Assembly: GCA_951406725.2 (NCBI GenBank)
Contig: OX597818.1
Span: forward strand, 128,836,001-128,900,000
Direction of reading: 5' to 3'
DNA: 64,000 bases
Source: Octopus vulgaris
Taxonomy: Eukaryota
Positions 53,201 to 64,000 of the stretch are shown piece by piece. Below the pieces are notes generated by a model. The model was given only the letters and a program-made list of their open reading frames with translations. It had not been told where the DNA came from and ran no database searches. Positions within the stretch are counted from its first letter, which is position 1; the number at the start of each line of letters is the position of its first letter. A program made the translations under genes and the position numbers.

Positions 53201-54347
53201 TCTCCGCCAATATCCGGCAATTTCCGTTAATTTCCGGCTATCTCCGTTAATTTCCGACAATCTCCGATAATTTCCGGCAATCTCCGTTAATTTCCGACAA
53301 TCTCCGATAATTTCCGGCAATCTCCGTTAATTTCCGACAATCCCCGCCAATTTCTGGCAATCTACGGAAAAATGTTTTGAAAATTCTTAGCCAAAATTTC
53401 CGTCAATTCCCGTCAATTTCCGGCAACGTGCGGCAATTCTCGGCAATCTTCGGAAAAATGTTTTGAAAATTTTTCCACAAAATTTTTGAAAATTTTCGCC
53501 GAAGATTTTTGAAAACTTTGCCCAAAAATTTTCTACCAAAATCTTTCAAAATTTTTTCCCCAAAATTCTTGATATGTCCAGCTATCTCCGGCAATTTCCG
53601 TAAATTTCCGGCAATCTCCGTTAATTTCCGACAATCTCCGGCAATTTCCGTCAATTCCCGGCAATTTCTGCAATGTGCGGCAATTCTTGGCAATCTCCGG
53701 AAAAATTCTTGAAAATTTTTGAAGATTTACCCCAAAAATTCTTGAAAATTTTCCAAAAATTTTTGAAAATTTTCGCCAAAAATTTTTGAAAATTACTCCC
53801 CAAAATTTTTGAAAATTATTCCCCAAAATTTTTGAAAATTTTCTACCAAAATTTTTCCCGGAAATTCTTGTTACAGTACTTCAACTTTGAGAAGGAGAAA
53901 AGCTTCTGGGATTTTGGAAATGTCCGGCTATATCCACCAATCTCCGGCAATTTCCAGCAATCTCCGGTAATTTCCGGAAATCTCCGCCAATTTCCGGCAA
54001 TTTATGATAATTTCCGTCAATTCCCGGCAATTTTCGGCAATCTCCGGAAAAAGCTTTTGAAAATTTTTCCCTAAAATTCTTGATATGTCCGGCAATCTCC
54101 GCCAATCCCCTTTAATTTCTGGTTATTTTCGGCAATCTCCGGTAATTTCCGGTAATTTCCGGCAATTCCCGGCAATTTCCAATTTTCGGCAATCCCCGGA
54201 AAAATTTTTTGAAAATGTTTCCTGAAAATTTTGACGAAAAATTTTTGAAAATTTTCGCCAAAAATTCTTGAAAATTTCCCCCAAATTTTTTGAAAATTTT
54301 TGGGCATAATTTTCAAAAATTTTTGGGGAAAATTTTCAAAAATTTTG
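50276..54347. repeat. 4-kb phased A-tract / 10-bp CCGG satellite with higher-order repeats
   Basis: GGGAAAATTTT / CAAAAATTTT units, polarity switch near 51855, and (T[CT]TCCG[GA]CAA)n blocks. Confidence 0.95.
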
Positions 54348-54349
54348 AT

Positions 54350-55760
54350 CAATTCAGGAACAGTTACTCTGTTCTTTTGAAAAGCAGTCAATCATGATAT
54401 GCAATTCCATTATGGGACTCCCAATATGGTTTCACTGATGGTAGACATTCCTTCTCTTATTTTGGCCAGCCATTTATCACAATATCATGTAGTGTTGTCA
54501 TACTAACACACTTTCACTGGTTGCTGTCTAAAACTGTTCTAGTTTTGTCGATGACATGGGAATCAAGCTGATAACATTAACTTATATTAGAATTTGTCTC
54601 AGAGAGGATTGTCATGCTCATTCAGGCATGCTTTTGAGTAGTCATGTGTAAAATCCAACCCATGGTCCTTTCTGAATGGCATGTCTGATGAAAAATACCT
54701 TGAATATTTTTAGTTGTACAAACTGCCTGATGATGAAGCACGTTCAATGTGAACTGTTTCTTGAAAAAGGTTGCCGTTGTCTGCTCTTTAGGGAGCATCA
54801 GCTACAAGTAAATCTTTCCAACAGCAAACAACAACCTGCGAGATCTCCTGTATCAAGTAACCGGCACTGCATAGTAGCCACAGCTTCCCGCATGACTTGT
54901 GCCTCAACTGGCTCTGCTTCTTCGCCACATCTTGTTACAGTACTTCAACTTTGAGAAGGAGAAAAGCTTCTGGGATTTTGGAAATATCTTCTCCTTGAGT
55001 AGTGGCCACTGGCTCAGAGAACAAGTACTCCTCCTTCATAACTTCTGTCAAGGAGCAAACATAAACAAGGTCTGTGGAACATGAAGCAACATTTGTCGAC
55101 TCATCCAGATGCAATGAATACACCGGACTTTTCTTCACAGCAACACCACTTGCAGCAGAATATCCTCACTCTTGTCTGAGATCCAACTTTTGACTGCATC
55201 ATTTGACAGGGAAATTGCCCTCAACTAGTATCACCTTTGTTACTTCTAGTGTGTAAGGCTTAATCGAATCTTTGCCTACATTTTTCCAGCTGAGTGGACT
55301 GGAGAAGTATTTTGCTCAAGGACAATGCATCACTGCTAAAGTAACTTTCAGTCTCCTTTCCATAAAAATGTTAACAGACAGTCTACTGTAGTCCCACTCA
55401 GTTGAAAGGGATCTCAGTCTTACAAGATACATGACAACTTCACTATTGCTGGTGCCATGGAAAAATCACTCAGTATACTCTGTCAAGTGTGGAGGTGCGT
55501 GGCTTAGTGGTTAGGGCTTCTTAGTCTGTGTGATTTTTAGAGCAATTCTGTATGAAGCCTCCAGCACTGCTTTGTTCTGACAAGCGAAGTGACCAGTGGA
55601 AGCTTCTTTACATGTGAAATAGTCTGAGCTGTGGCAAGATTCAAAATGAACCTTCAGTTTGCTTGGCTCAAAACCTTGGTGCAAACAACACATTGCGGCT
55701 TGACCACAGGGTTCTGAATGATATCTGTGAAACCCATTTTGAGAAAGGCTTCTTTGTATG
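54350..55760 (-). mobile_element. hAT (Buster/Charlie, ZBED8/FAM200-like) transposase remnant
   Basis: EPSKLKVHFE, VLEASYRIALKITQTKKP, VGKDSIKPYTLEV, YSLHLDESTNVA and EEYLFSEP motifs; frameshifted and interrupted at 55281-55516. Confidence 0.85.
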
Positions 55761-56204
55761 TACGCTTAGGAAACAGAAGTGTATGTACAAAGAAAATAAA
55801 AATTTCATTTCACACAGGCATGAAGAGAAAATAATAACTCAGTATACAATGTAAATGTTGTTTTATTAATTGTATTAAGAAAGTAAAAGGATAAAGACGG
55901 CTTTTGGTCATGAATGACCCTGGGATTGCACCTAGAAAGTTACCCTCTGGGGCACAAGCCCAGCAGTTGCCCATGCATACCAGCCTCCCCTTTCCATGCC
56001 CCCTGATGTTTTCCAAAGGAAAGGCAAAGGCTGATAGAGCTTGTCACCCGTGACATTGCAACTTAGGTTTAGAGTTAGAGCGGCAGTTCTTCGGCTAGAG
56101 GTGATGATCCTGGGAGGAGGGGAGGTGTCATTTTGCTGCTCTAACTCTAAACCTAAGCCTAAACCCAAACACTAATCTGAATCCCAACCCTAACAATTTT
56201 TTTT

Positions 56205-56646
56205 TGTACGTATGTATATATGTATGTATGTATGTATCTATCTATCTATCTATACATATGTATCTCCAGAAATTTTCTTTCATTAATTCTGTCTGTCTGT
56301 CTGTCTGTCTGTATGTATGTATGTATGTATGTATGTATGTATGTATGTATGTATGTGTATGTATGTATGTATGTATGTATGTATGTATGTATGTACGTAC
56401 GTACGTATGATGTATGTATGTATGTATGTATGTATGTATGTATGCATGCATGCATGCATGTATTTATGTATGTATGTATGTATGTATGTATGTATGTATT
56501 TGTATGTATGTATGTATGTATGTATGTATGTATGTATTTGTATGTATGTATGTATGTATGTATGTATGTATGTATGTATGTATGTATGTATGTATGTATT
56601 TGTATGTATGTATCTATCTATTCATATCTATCGGACGCTAAACGAC

Positions 56647-56677
<31 letters not shown>

Positions 56678-57219
56678 TATGGACTTCCAGAAATCTTTCA
56701 TTAGTTTTTCTTCTCTTACTACAGTTCCTCTTCATACACTCCTCCCTAGTTTCTCTTCCAGCAGTTTTCCTTCTCTTCCATCTAATTCCACTTCTGCACA
56801 TATCTCACTTTCCTTTTTTTATATTTTGCCATGCACTTAGGGTATAGAGCAGTACGTGCATACACACATGTATGTATTGTGCGTGTGCACATTCATATAT
56901 ATTATACATACATACACACACACATACATACATACATACATACATACATACATACATACATACATACATACATACATACATACATACATACATACATACA
57001 TACATACATACACTACATACATACATACATACATACATACACACATACATACATACATACACATACATACATACATGCATACACACATACATACACACAC
57101 ATACACACACACACATACATACATACATACATATATACATACATACATACATACATACATACACATACATACATACATAATACATACACATACATACATA
57201 CATACATACACACATACAT

Positions 57220-57250
<31 letters not shown>

Positions 57251-57313
57251 TACATACATACATACATACACACATACATACATACATACATACATACATA
57301 CATACACATACAT

Positions 57314-57344
<31 letters not shown>

Positions 57345-57372
57345 TACATACATACATACATACATACACACA
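56205..57372. repeat. (TATG)n field (56205-56620) and (CATA)n field (56905-57372)
   Basis: Directly visible. Confidence 0.97.
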
Positions 57373-58100
57373 TATTCCCACATTTGTACATATGCACATA
57401 CATACTTTTTATCATCCTAATTTAAAGAAGCATAAAAGTTTTGAAAAAAATGAAAACACCCCCCATACACACACATACACACACACACACACAAACAAAC
57501 AAACAAACAAGAAAACAAACTACAAACTTAAAGAAAACAACAATCACCACAACCACGGCAACAAAAAGAAATAATAAAAAAAAAGAACAAAACAAAATAA
57601 AAAAAAAATAACAACAAATAGCTTTCTTTTGTTTTGTTTCAGGCTAATATTGAAAAATCAGAAATTAAATCCTAGATTTAATTGAATTTAAATTAAATTC
57701 TAATGCATATTGTGCTTAATTAGTCTCTTTGATTCTGTGCCTGAAGGAATTTGTACATCTACACTACCATGTTTTATTTTTCTGTATATTACTAGTCTTA
57801 CTGCCTTTACACTGTTTTGAGCACTAAACAGTCATCTTATACACTTATAAAGACAATGGCAATTTTTTTTATCAATTAATATGTTATATATATATTTATA
57901 TATATACATATATATATATATACGTGTGTGCGTGTGTGTTTCTGCATGTGTGCATGTATGTGCGTAGTTTAAAGTGTCTATGTCTGTTTAATCTGTCTGT
58001 GTGTATGTATATGTAGTTAGCCTAAATGAATGATGGGCAAACTCATCAGTTTTACAACTGTGCAAATATATGTTGTGTGTGTTTGTGTGTTGTATACATA

Positions 58101-58263
<163 letters not shown>

Positions 58264-58719
58264 AATATATATATGTATATATGTATGTATGTATGTACTT
58301 ATGCATAGGTACTATTACAGATATACACACACATGTAACTGTATGTCTTTAAACATACATTTATAAACTTGTATTCATGCACACATACACACACACATAT
58401 GCACACAGCATATCATACATAAAAAATATATATCTGTCCACGTATGCATGTGTGTACAAATTTTCCTTCTAGATATGAGATTTCTCTAACAACTTTACAT
58501 TAATGATAAATTACAAAGGACTCTTTATAACACTTCAAACAGTTATAATAGTGATTTACACAATTTTAACAGAATTTCTTTCTAAATCTTCATTGTTCTC
58601 TGGTTCACTTCACCTACTGCAACCGCAGTCATACTGGTGCACTATGTACACTGTCTGCTGCAGCATGCTACTACCAAGTGAGGTAGTCTTTATGTGATTG
58701 CATCACCTGTTAGAAATTA

Positions 58720-59195
58720 GCAAACAAATCTACCTTAAACAGTATTACCTGCCTAGTCTGTTCTACAAGCTGACACAGGCGATACCCGCTAAGGTGGCGT
58801 TAGAGAAATTGGATATGATTATACGAGATGGGGTGCAAAGAATGCTCCATCTCCGGGACTCGACCTCGAAAAGCTTCCTGTACAGCGCAAGAAGGGACGG
58901 AGGATTGAGCCTCTGTCAGTTGGTGCGCGCTATACCGAAGAACGTGATTCGTAGGAATCTGTGATTGCTGGGCTCCGAATACGACGCTGTTCGCATGATA
59001 GCTCAGGCTGCCGTCCTAGCCCATCAAAACGAGGAGCTATCCGTACTGTTCGATCTACCATCTGTCCGAAATGATGGCAATCCATACACCCCTGACCTCC
59101 GCCTCGTCCATGCTAAGAGATGGGCCTCGCAACCAGTCCAGGGGGTGTGCACTGCCGCCTTCAAATCGGACCCGATCGGAAACAGTTGGCTGACA
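58720..59195 (+). mobile_element. R2-clade non-LTR retrotransposon internal fragment (RT thumb/linker)
   Basis: YLKQYYLPSLFYKL..LEKLDMIIRDGVQRMLHL..FLYSARRDGGL..*..WASQPVQG..FKSDPIGNSWL: one frame, one stop, GC-rich. Confidence 0.78.
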
Positions 59196-59655
59196 TCATC
59201 ATCGTTTTAACATCCACTTTTCCATGCATGCATGGGTTGGAGGAATTTTTTGAGGTAGATTTTCTTAACATGTATTCACTCTTTTTAAGCAATGCTAATA
59301 TCAGTTGCTTGCAATTCACTGTGAAAGCACATCCAAGCGTCTTGATGTATTGTGTAATCTTTGTAAACAAAAGTCTCATTCAAATGCTGTACATTTGTAT
59401 CCAGTTCTCTGCATAACAAGTCTGGGCTGTTTGCCAATTAAGAGATGGGATGTTATTACCTTGCTTGGAAACAAGTGAGGGTTAAAATTACTGAAGACAT
59501 CCAGCATTAGAAGACTCTGACCCATACAACCACAAAAAAGTAGACATTAAAATAGTAATGATGGTGACAATAATGTCAAAGACGATGTTGATGATCAGAC
59601 ATTTTTACTTTGTATTTCCATGTTGGAAACTCATTTAAAAAAAAAAAAAAGATTA

Positions 59656-60050
59656 GGCACAGGAGTGGCTGTGTGGTAAGTAGCTTGCTAACCAACCACA
59701 TGCTTCCGGGTTCAGTCTCACTGCGTGGCATCTTGGGCAAGTGTCTTCTGCTATAGCCCCGGGCCGTCCAATGCCTTGTGAGGGGATTTGGTAGACGGAA
59801 GCTGAAAGAAGCCTGTCGTATATATGTGTATATATATGTATGCGTGTGTGTTTGTGTGTCTGTGTTTGTCCCCCTAGCATTGCTTGACAACCGATGCTGG
59901 TGTGTTTACGTCCCCGTTACTTAGCGGTTCGGCAAAGGAGACAGATAGAATAAGTACTGGGCTTACAAAGAATAAGTCCCGGGGTCGATTTGCTCGACTA
60001 AAGGCGGTGCTCCAGCATGGCCTCAGTCAAATGACTGAAACAAGTAAAAG
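59656..60050 (+). mobile_element. Young SINE family A
   Basis: Match to family A. Confidence 0.92.
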
Positions 60051-60127
60051 AAGAAAGAAAAAAAGAAGATATCTGACTCTTTTCTTAAAAGAAGCAAGAG
60101 AAATACAGGATTGATTGAACAAAAGGT

Positions 60128-60133
60128 TTTATT
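60128..60133 (-). terminator. Candidate FUZ polyadenylation signal AATAAA
   Basis: TTTATT on + about 250 bp past the FUZ stop, followed on - by T-rich sequence. A second hexamer lies near 60225. Confidence 0.45.
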
Positions 60134-60380
60134 AAACTACAAACAGTACATGATACTTGTTTTTCTTGTTAGAATGAATCAGTGTTTTGCATTAAAGTAA
60201 GAATTTTGTAAGTGAATTGAAGCTTTTATTTAATGAACTCTTTACAAATCAAACAATTCCACAGCTGTGAAGGAAGTTTCACATGAAGGGAGTACAATTG
60301 GTTAGAGTCTTAAAACTAAAACTAATGTTAATTGTAAAACTAGTGATTAGAAGAAGGTTTATATGGTTGATTAACACTTG

Positions 60381-60438
60381 TTAAATCTGAATGGATTTAT
60401 CCTTGGTGAGTATGGATAGTGTCTTCTGGGTGACATTG
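60381..60438 (-). CDS. FUZ: FUZ last coding exon: (R)NVTQKTLSILTKDKSIQI*
   Basis: ttcttttcattgcag|C acceptor with compatible phase; TAA at 60383-60381. Matches FUZ RSLATHTLHALT. Confidence 0.85.
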
Positions 60439-60537
60439 CTGCAATGAAAAGAAATGCCAAATAAATAAATAGATAAAGTATAGCTTGAATGTGTTATACG
60501 AGAATAAAAAAATAAAAATATAAACTACTTCATATAA

Positions 60538-60980
60538 GTTGCTCCAGTTCACTCAGCTGGCAAAAATGAGTAACACTGCGATGGACTGGCATCCCGTCCA
60601 GTGGTTAGGGTGTCAGCATCATGATCGTAAGATTGTGGTTTCGATTCCTGGACCGGGCAACGCGTTGTGTTCTTGAGCAAAACACTTCATTTCACGTTGC
60701 TCCAGTTCACTCAGCTGGCAAAAATGAGTAACGCTGCGATGGACTGGCATCCCGTCCAGTGGTTAGGGTGTCAGCATCACGATCATAAGATTGTAGTTTC
60801 GATTCCTGGACCAGGTGACGCGTTATGTTCTTGAGCAAAACACTTCATTTCAGTCCACTCAGCTGGCAAAAATGAGTAACACTGCGATGAACTAGCATCC
60901 CGTCCAGCTGGGGAACACATACGCCATAGAAACCGGGAAACCAGGTCCATGAGCCTGGCTAGGCTTTAAAAGGGCGCATG
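60538..60980 (+). mobile_element. Family C SINE with tandem ~160-bp internal duplications, in the last FUZ intron
   Basis: gttgctccagttcactcagctggc...cccgtccagtggttagggtg repeated via CCAG/AGTGG junctions. Confidence 0.85.
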
Positions 60981-61446
60981 TCAAGTAGTTGCCCTACAAA
61001 CCATGCTCAGATGAGATTAAATGATGTTCATATTTCTTGATGTAGAAAACTGGTACTCCATCGGTTATGACAATGAGGGTTTCAGTTGATCTGAACAATG
61101 GAGCAGCCTGATTGTGAAATTAACATGCAAGTGGCCGAGCACTTTGCAAACATGTATACTTTTAAAATAATTCTCAGCGGGATTCAATGCGACAAAGAGT
61201 GTGACAAGGCTGGCTCTTTGAAATACAGGTACTACTCATTTTTCCAGCTGAGTGGACTGGAGCAGTATTTTGCTCAAGGACAATGCATCACTGCTAAAGT
61301 AACTTTCAGTCTCCTTTCCATAAAAATGTTAACAGACAGTCTACTGTAGTCCCACTCAGTTGAAAGGGATCTCAGTCTTACAAGATACATGACAACTTCA
61401 CTATTGCTGGTGCCATGGAAAAATCACTCAGTATACTCTGTCAAGT

Positions 61447-61700
61447 GTGGAGGCACGTGGCTTAGTGGTTAGGGTGTCAGCATCATGATCGTAAGATTGT
61501 GGTTTCGATTCCTGGACCGGGCAACGCGTTGTGTTGTTGAGCAAAACACTTCATTTCACGTTGCTCCAGTCCACTCAGCTAGCAAAAATGAGCAACGCTG
61601 CGATGGACTGGCGTCCCGTCCAGCTGGGGAACACATACACCATAGAAACCGGGAAACCAGGTCCATGAGCCTGGCTAGGCTTTAAAAGGGCGCATTTATT
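61447..61700 (+). mobile_element. Full-length family C SINE with 15-bp TSD TATACTCTGTCAAGT
   Basis: Direct repeats at 61432-61446 and 61700-61714. Confidence 0.9.
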
Positions 61701-62505
61701 ATACTCTGTCAAGTATAAGGGCGCATTAAAAGGGCGCATTTATTATACTCATGCCCTACAAACCATGCCAAAGGAGACATTGGTTCATGATGCAGTCCTC
61801 CGATCTGTTGGATTCCCTTAAATTATCCAACTCATGCCAGTATACAAGATAGATGCTAAAAGATGATGATTACTTACTTTCAATATCAAAGCATCTAATT
61901 TGATGTAAAGATTACTTTAGTGTAACTAGTTAACATGTCTGCCATAGGTACAGAAGTGTAGGTCAAGTTCCACAGTTAGCCTTCAGCTTTTTTCCTATCC
62001 AAGGGATTTTAATCCAATATATTAATTTCAAATTTTGGGACAAAGCCATCAATTTTGGGGAAGGGAATAAATTGATTACTGGTACTTATTTTAGCGACCC
62101 GAAAAGGCTGAAAGGCAAAGTTGATTTCAGCAGAATTTGAACTCTGAACATAAATGCCACCAGGCATTTTGCCCAGTGTGCGTGCAAATGATTCTGCCAG
62201 CCCTTATACTGGTTTCGAATTTTGGCACAAGGCCAGCAATTTTGTGGGAGGAGCTAAGTCAATTACATTGACTCCAGTGCTCAAACGCTACTTATTTTAT
62301 CAACCCCAAAAGGATGAAAGGCAAAGTCAGCCTTGGCAGAATTTGAACTCAAAATGTAAATACTGCTAAGCATTTTGCTCAATATAATAATAATTCTGCC
62401 AGCTCGCCACCTTATTTTAACCCATCATATTACAAGCTAGTATTTATAGTAGTATTTTAGATGCAGTTTTCTTAAAAGTGAAATATTATTGCACTAAAGA
62501 CTTAC

Positions 62506-62638
62506 CGCATTGCATAGGTTGGAATATCATTGTTATAAAGAACAAAGAATTGATACGGAAGAGACTGAATTGCATAGCACTTGTGGGTGTCAGTAGTAAT
62601 GTAGGTCTCTGTAGCACTGTGGCTCAACTTGGAAGGAT
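62506..62638 (-). CDS. FUZ: FUZ exon: (D)PSKLSHSATETYITTDTHKCYAIQSLPYQFFVLYNNDIPTYAM(R)
   Basis: T-rich tract plus ttgtag| acceptor and CG|gtaagt donor. Matches the FUZ third longin domain (..CYLV..LVALQ..LLLLLS..PTHGLR). Confidence 0.87.
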
Positions 62639-62789
62639 CTACAAGGCAAAAAAAAAAAAGATGTAGCAAGTAAATACAAAGTATCAAAATAACCCTTTCT
62701 ACTATAGGCACAAGGCCTGAAATTTGGGTGGAGGGGACCAGTCGATTACATCAACCCCAGTGTGTAACTGGTCCTTAATTTATCAACCC

Positions 62790-63195
62790 TTGCTGTCTGT
62801 GGCATTGTATCATTCCCTCAGCTACTCAATTGTCCAAATACTGCAGTTCAAGACAGTAGCAATGAACCATGGATGTTGACCAGCATGGCGATGTCTGAGG
62901 GCGTGTTCCCTCTGATTTCGTGTCAGTCTTGGCATGCTTGCTGTGTTCAGGAAACAAATGACAGGCAGGTAAATTTGGGTACCTTTTATATCCAATGAGT
63001 CAACGTTTTGCACGAGCCTCATGCTTTTCATAAAATGCATTCACAAGCATTACCATATTCATGAAAAGTGAGCGAGTTGCAACCTTACATTCAATCCTTG
63101 TGTTTGCAAAAGAGAGATGTCAATTTATCTAGAAATTTGATATAATCCATACGATCTCAATATCATGTGTGCAACAAATCTTTTACAGGGTGATG
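62790..63195 (-). mobile_element. Tc1-like transposon 5' remnant in a FUZ intron
   Basis: MPRLTRNQREHAL..AGQ..IATVLNCSIWTIE, an HTH-type Tc1 N-terminus. Confidence 0.65.
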
Positions 63196-63655
63196 GTTCT
63201 TTTATAGTTCAGCGTATAATGATTATATATACATATATATATATATATATAATACATCCTATGGTAATCATAATATAACTGTCCAAGGACTGAACAGAAA
63301 ATACCTGATTTGAACAAAGTGTATATAATAATTAAATGAAAGTAAATTCCAGGAATTCTCATTCCAGCAAGCTTCAAATATATATATATTCATATTTTGT
63401 CTAAAACATGCCACCTTATTAGTTCTGGTGACACAAATCAAATTCTCCCCAAAAATTCTATTTTACTAAACTAACTACTATACAAGCTTGTACATAACTA
63501 TTTCAACTTCACTATTGTACTATTGTACATAACTATTAAACTTCACTAATTAATGGTGACTCCCTGTAGTAAAAATGGAACCAGAAAAAAATTAGAATTT
63601 TCAAAAACAAATAAAATCATCTTCAAAGTGAAATAAAACTTTCTCTTTGAAATAC

Positions 63656-63754
63656 CTGTGTTGCTCTGATCAACAGTTGAGGCAAAAAACGAGCCAATAA
63701 TCTGATGGTAGAAGCTTCGTAAGATTTCTATCCGTTCCTTTCGGGATAAAGTTC
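63656..63754 (-). CDS. FUZ: FUZ (fuzzy, tri-longin CPLANE subunit) exon: TLSRKERIEILRSFYHQIIGSFFASTVDQSNT
   Basis: Minus-strand tatttccag| acceptor and G|gtattt donor, 99 bp, phase 1-1. Resembles human FUZ RRRLLRSFYTLVTSTHFP (recalled). Confidence 0.85.
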
Positions 63755-63884
63755 CTGGAAATATAATAAAAATAGAAGAAATTAAGTCTCTGGAATTTAG
63801 TGTTATTTTCCCTTCCACTGTGATTTTTTTTCTTTATGTTCTTCAAGTTAGGCAGGAAAACTGGGTTAATATTTTGTTATTGCA

Positions 63885-64000
63885 TACAGGAGTGGCTGTG
63901 TGGTAAGTAGCTTGCTAACCAACCACATGGTTCCGGGTTCAGTCCCACTGCGTGGCATCTTGGGCAAGTGTCTTCTGCTATAGCCCCGGGCTGACCAATG
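63885..64000 (+). mobile_element. Young SINE family A, cut by the window end
   Basis: Head identical to family A. Confidence 0.9.

Noticed and set aside
50276-54347. Satellite as foreign contaminant (nematode-like repeat)
   Set aside because: It contains a 56-bp copy of the adjacent local hAT sequence, which argues for genuine contiguity; read-level confirmation is still needed.
50326-54391. KNF/PEIAG repeat ORFs
   Set aside because: They arise from the 10-11-bp satellite; the period is not a multiple of 3 and frames break constantly.
56062-56195. Degenerate TTAGGG/CCCTAA repeats
   Set aside because: Short, degenerate and inward-facing as in small DNA-transposon remnants; not a telomere.
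63755-63818. N-terminal part of track ORF 63546..63818 as a FUZ start
   Set aside because: Intronic. The polypyrimidine/AG acceptor is at 63755, and the FUZ N-terminus must lie beyond the window.

Overview
AT-rich, microsatellite- and SINE-dense animal genomic DNA. The repeat families and (TA)n/(CA)n/(TATG)n load look like an octopus/cephalopod genome; this is inference from family appearance, not a search. Two spliced genes converge from the window edges. On + is the 3' end of HPS5 (BLOC-2 subunit, Drosophila pink): 7 exons from 2019 to 24450, ending in a C-terminal RING-H2 finger. On - is the 3' end of FUZ (fuzzy): 3 exons from 63754 to 60381. An intact tRNA-Lys(CTT) lies in an HPS5 intron. 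The rest is transposon debris: at least 4 SINE families, mariner, Tc1/maT, hAT, piggyBac- and Merlin/hAT-type MITEs, and CR1, RTE, HERO, R4 and R2 LINE fragments. The most unusual signals are: (1) about 11 short non-tandem local copy-paste duplications (50-470 bp, 0.6-6 kb apart), some with microhomology junctions and strand switches; (2) two type-I hammerhead ribozyme motifs in sense orientation in HPS5 introns; (3) a 4-kb helically phased A-tract/CCGG satellite with higher-order structure and a polarity inversion; (4) all 11 young copies of one SINE family on the same strand; (5) a probable decayed multi-exon gene between the two genes. Most ORFs in the supplied track are spurious SINE or microsatellite translations.
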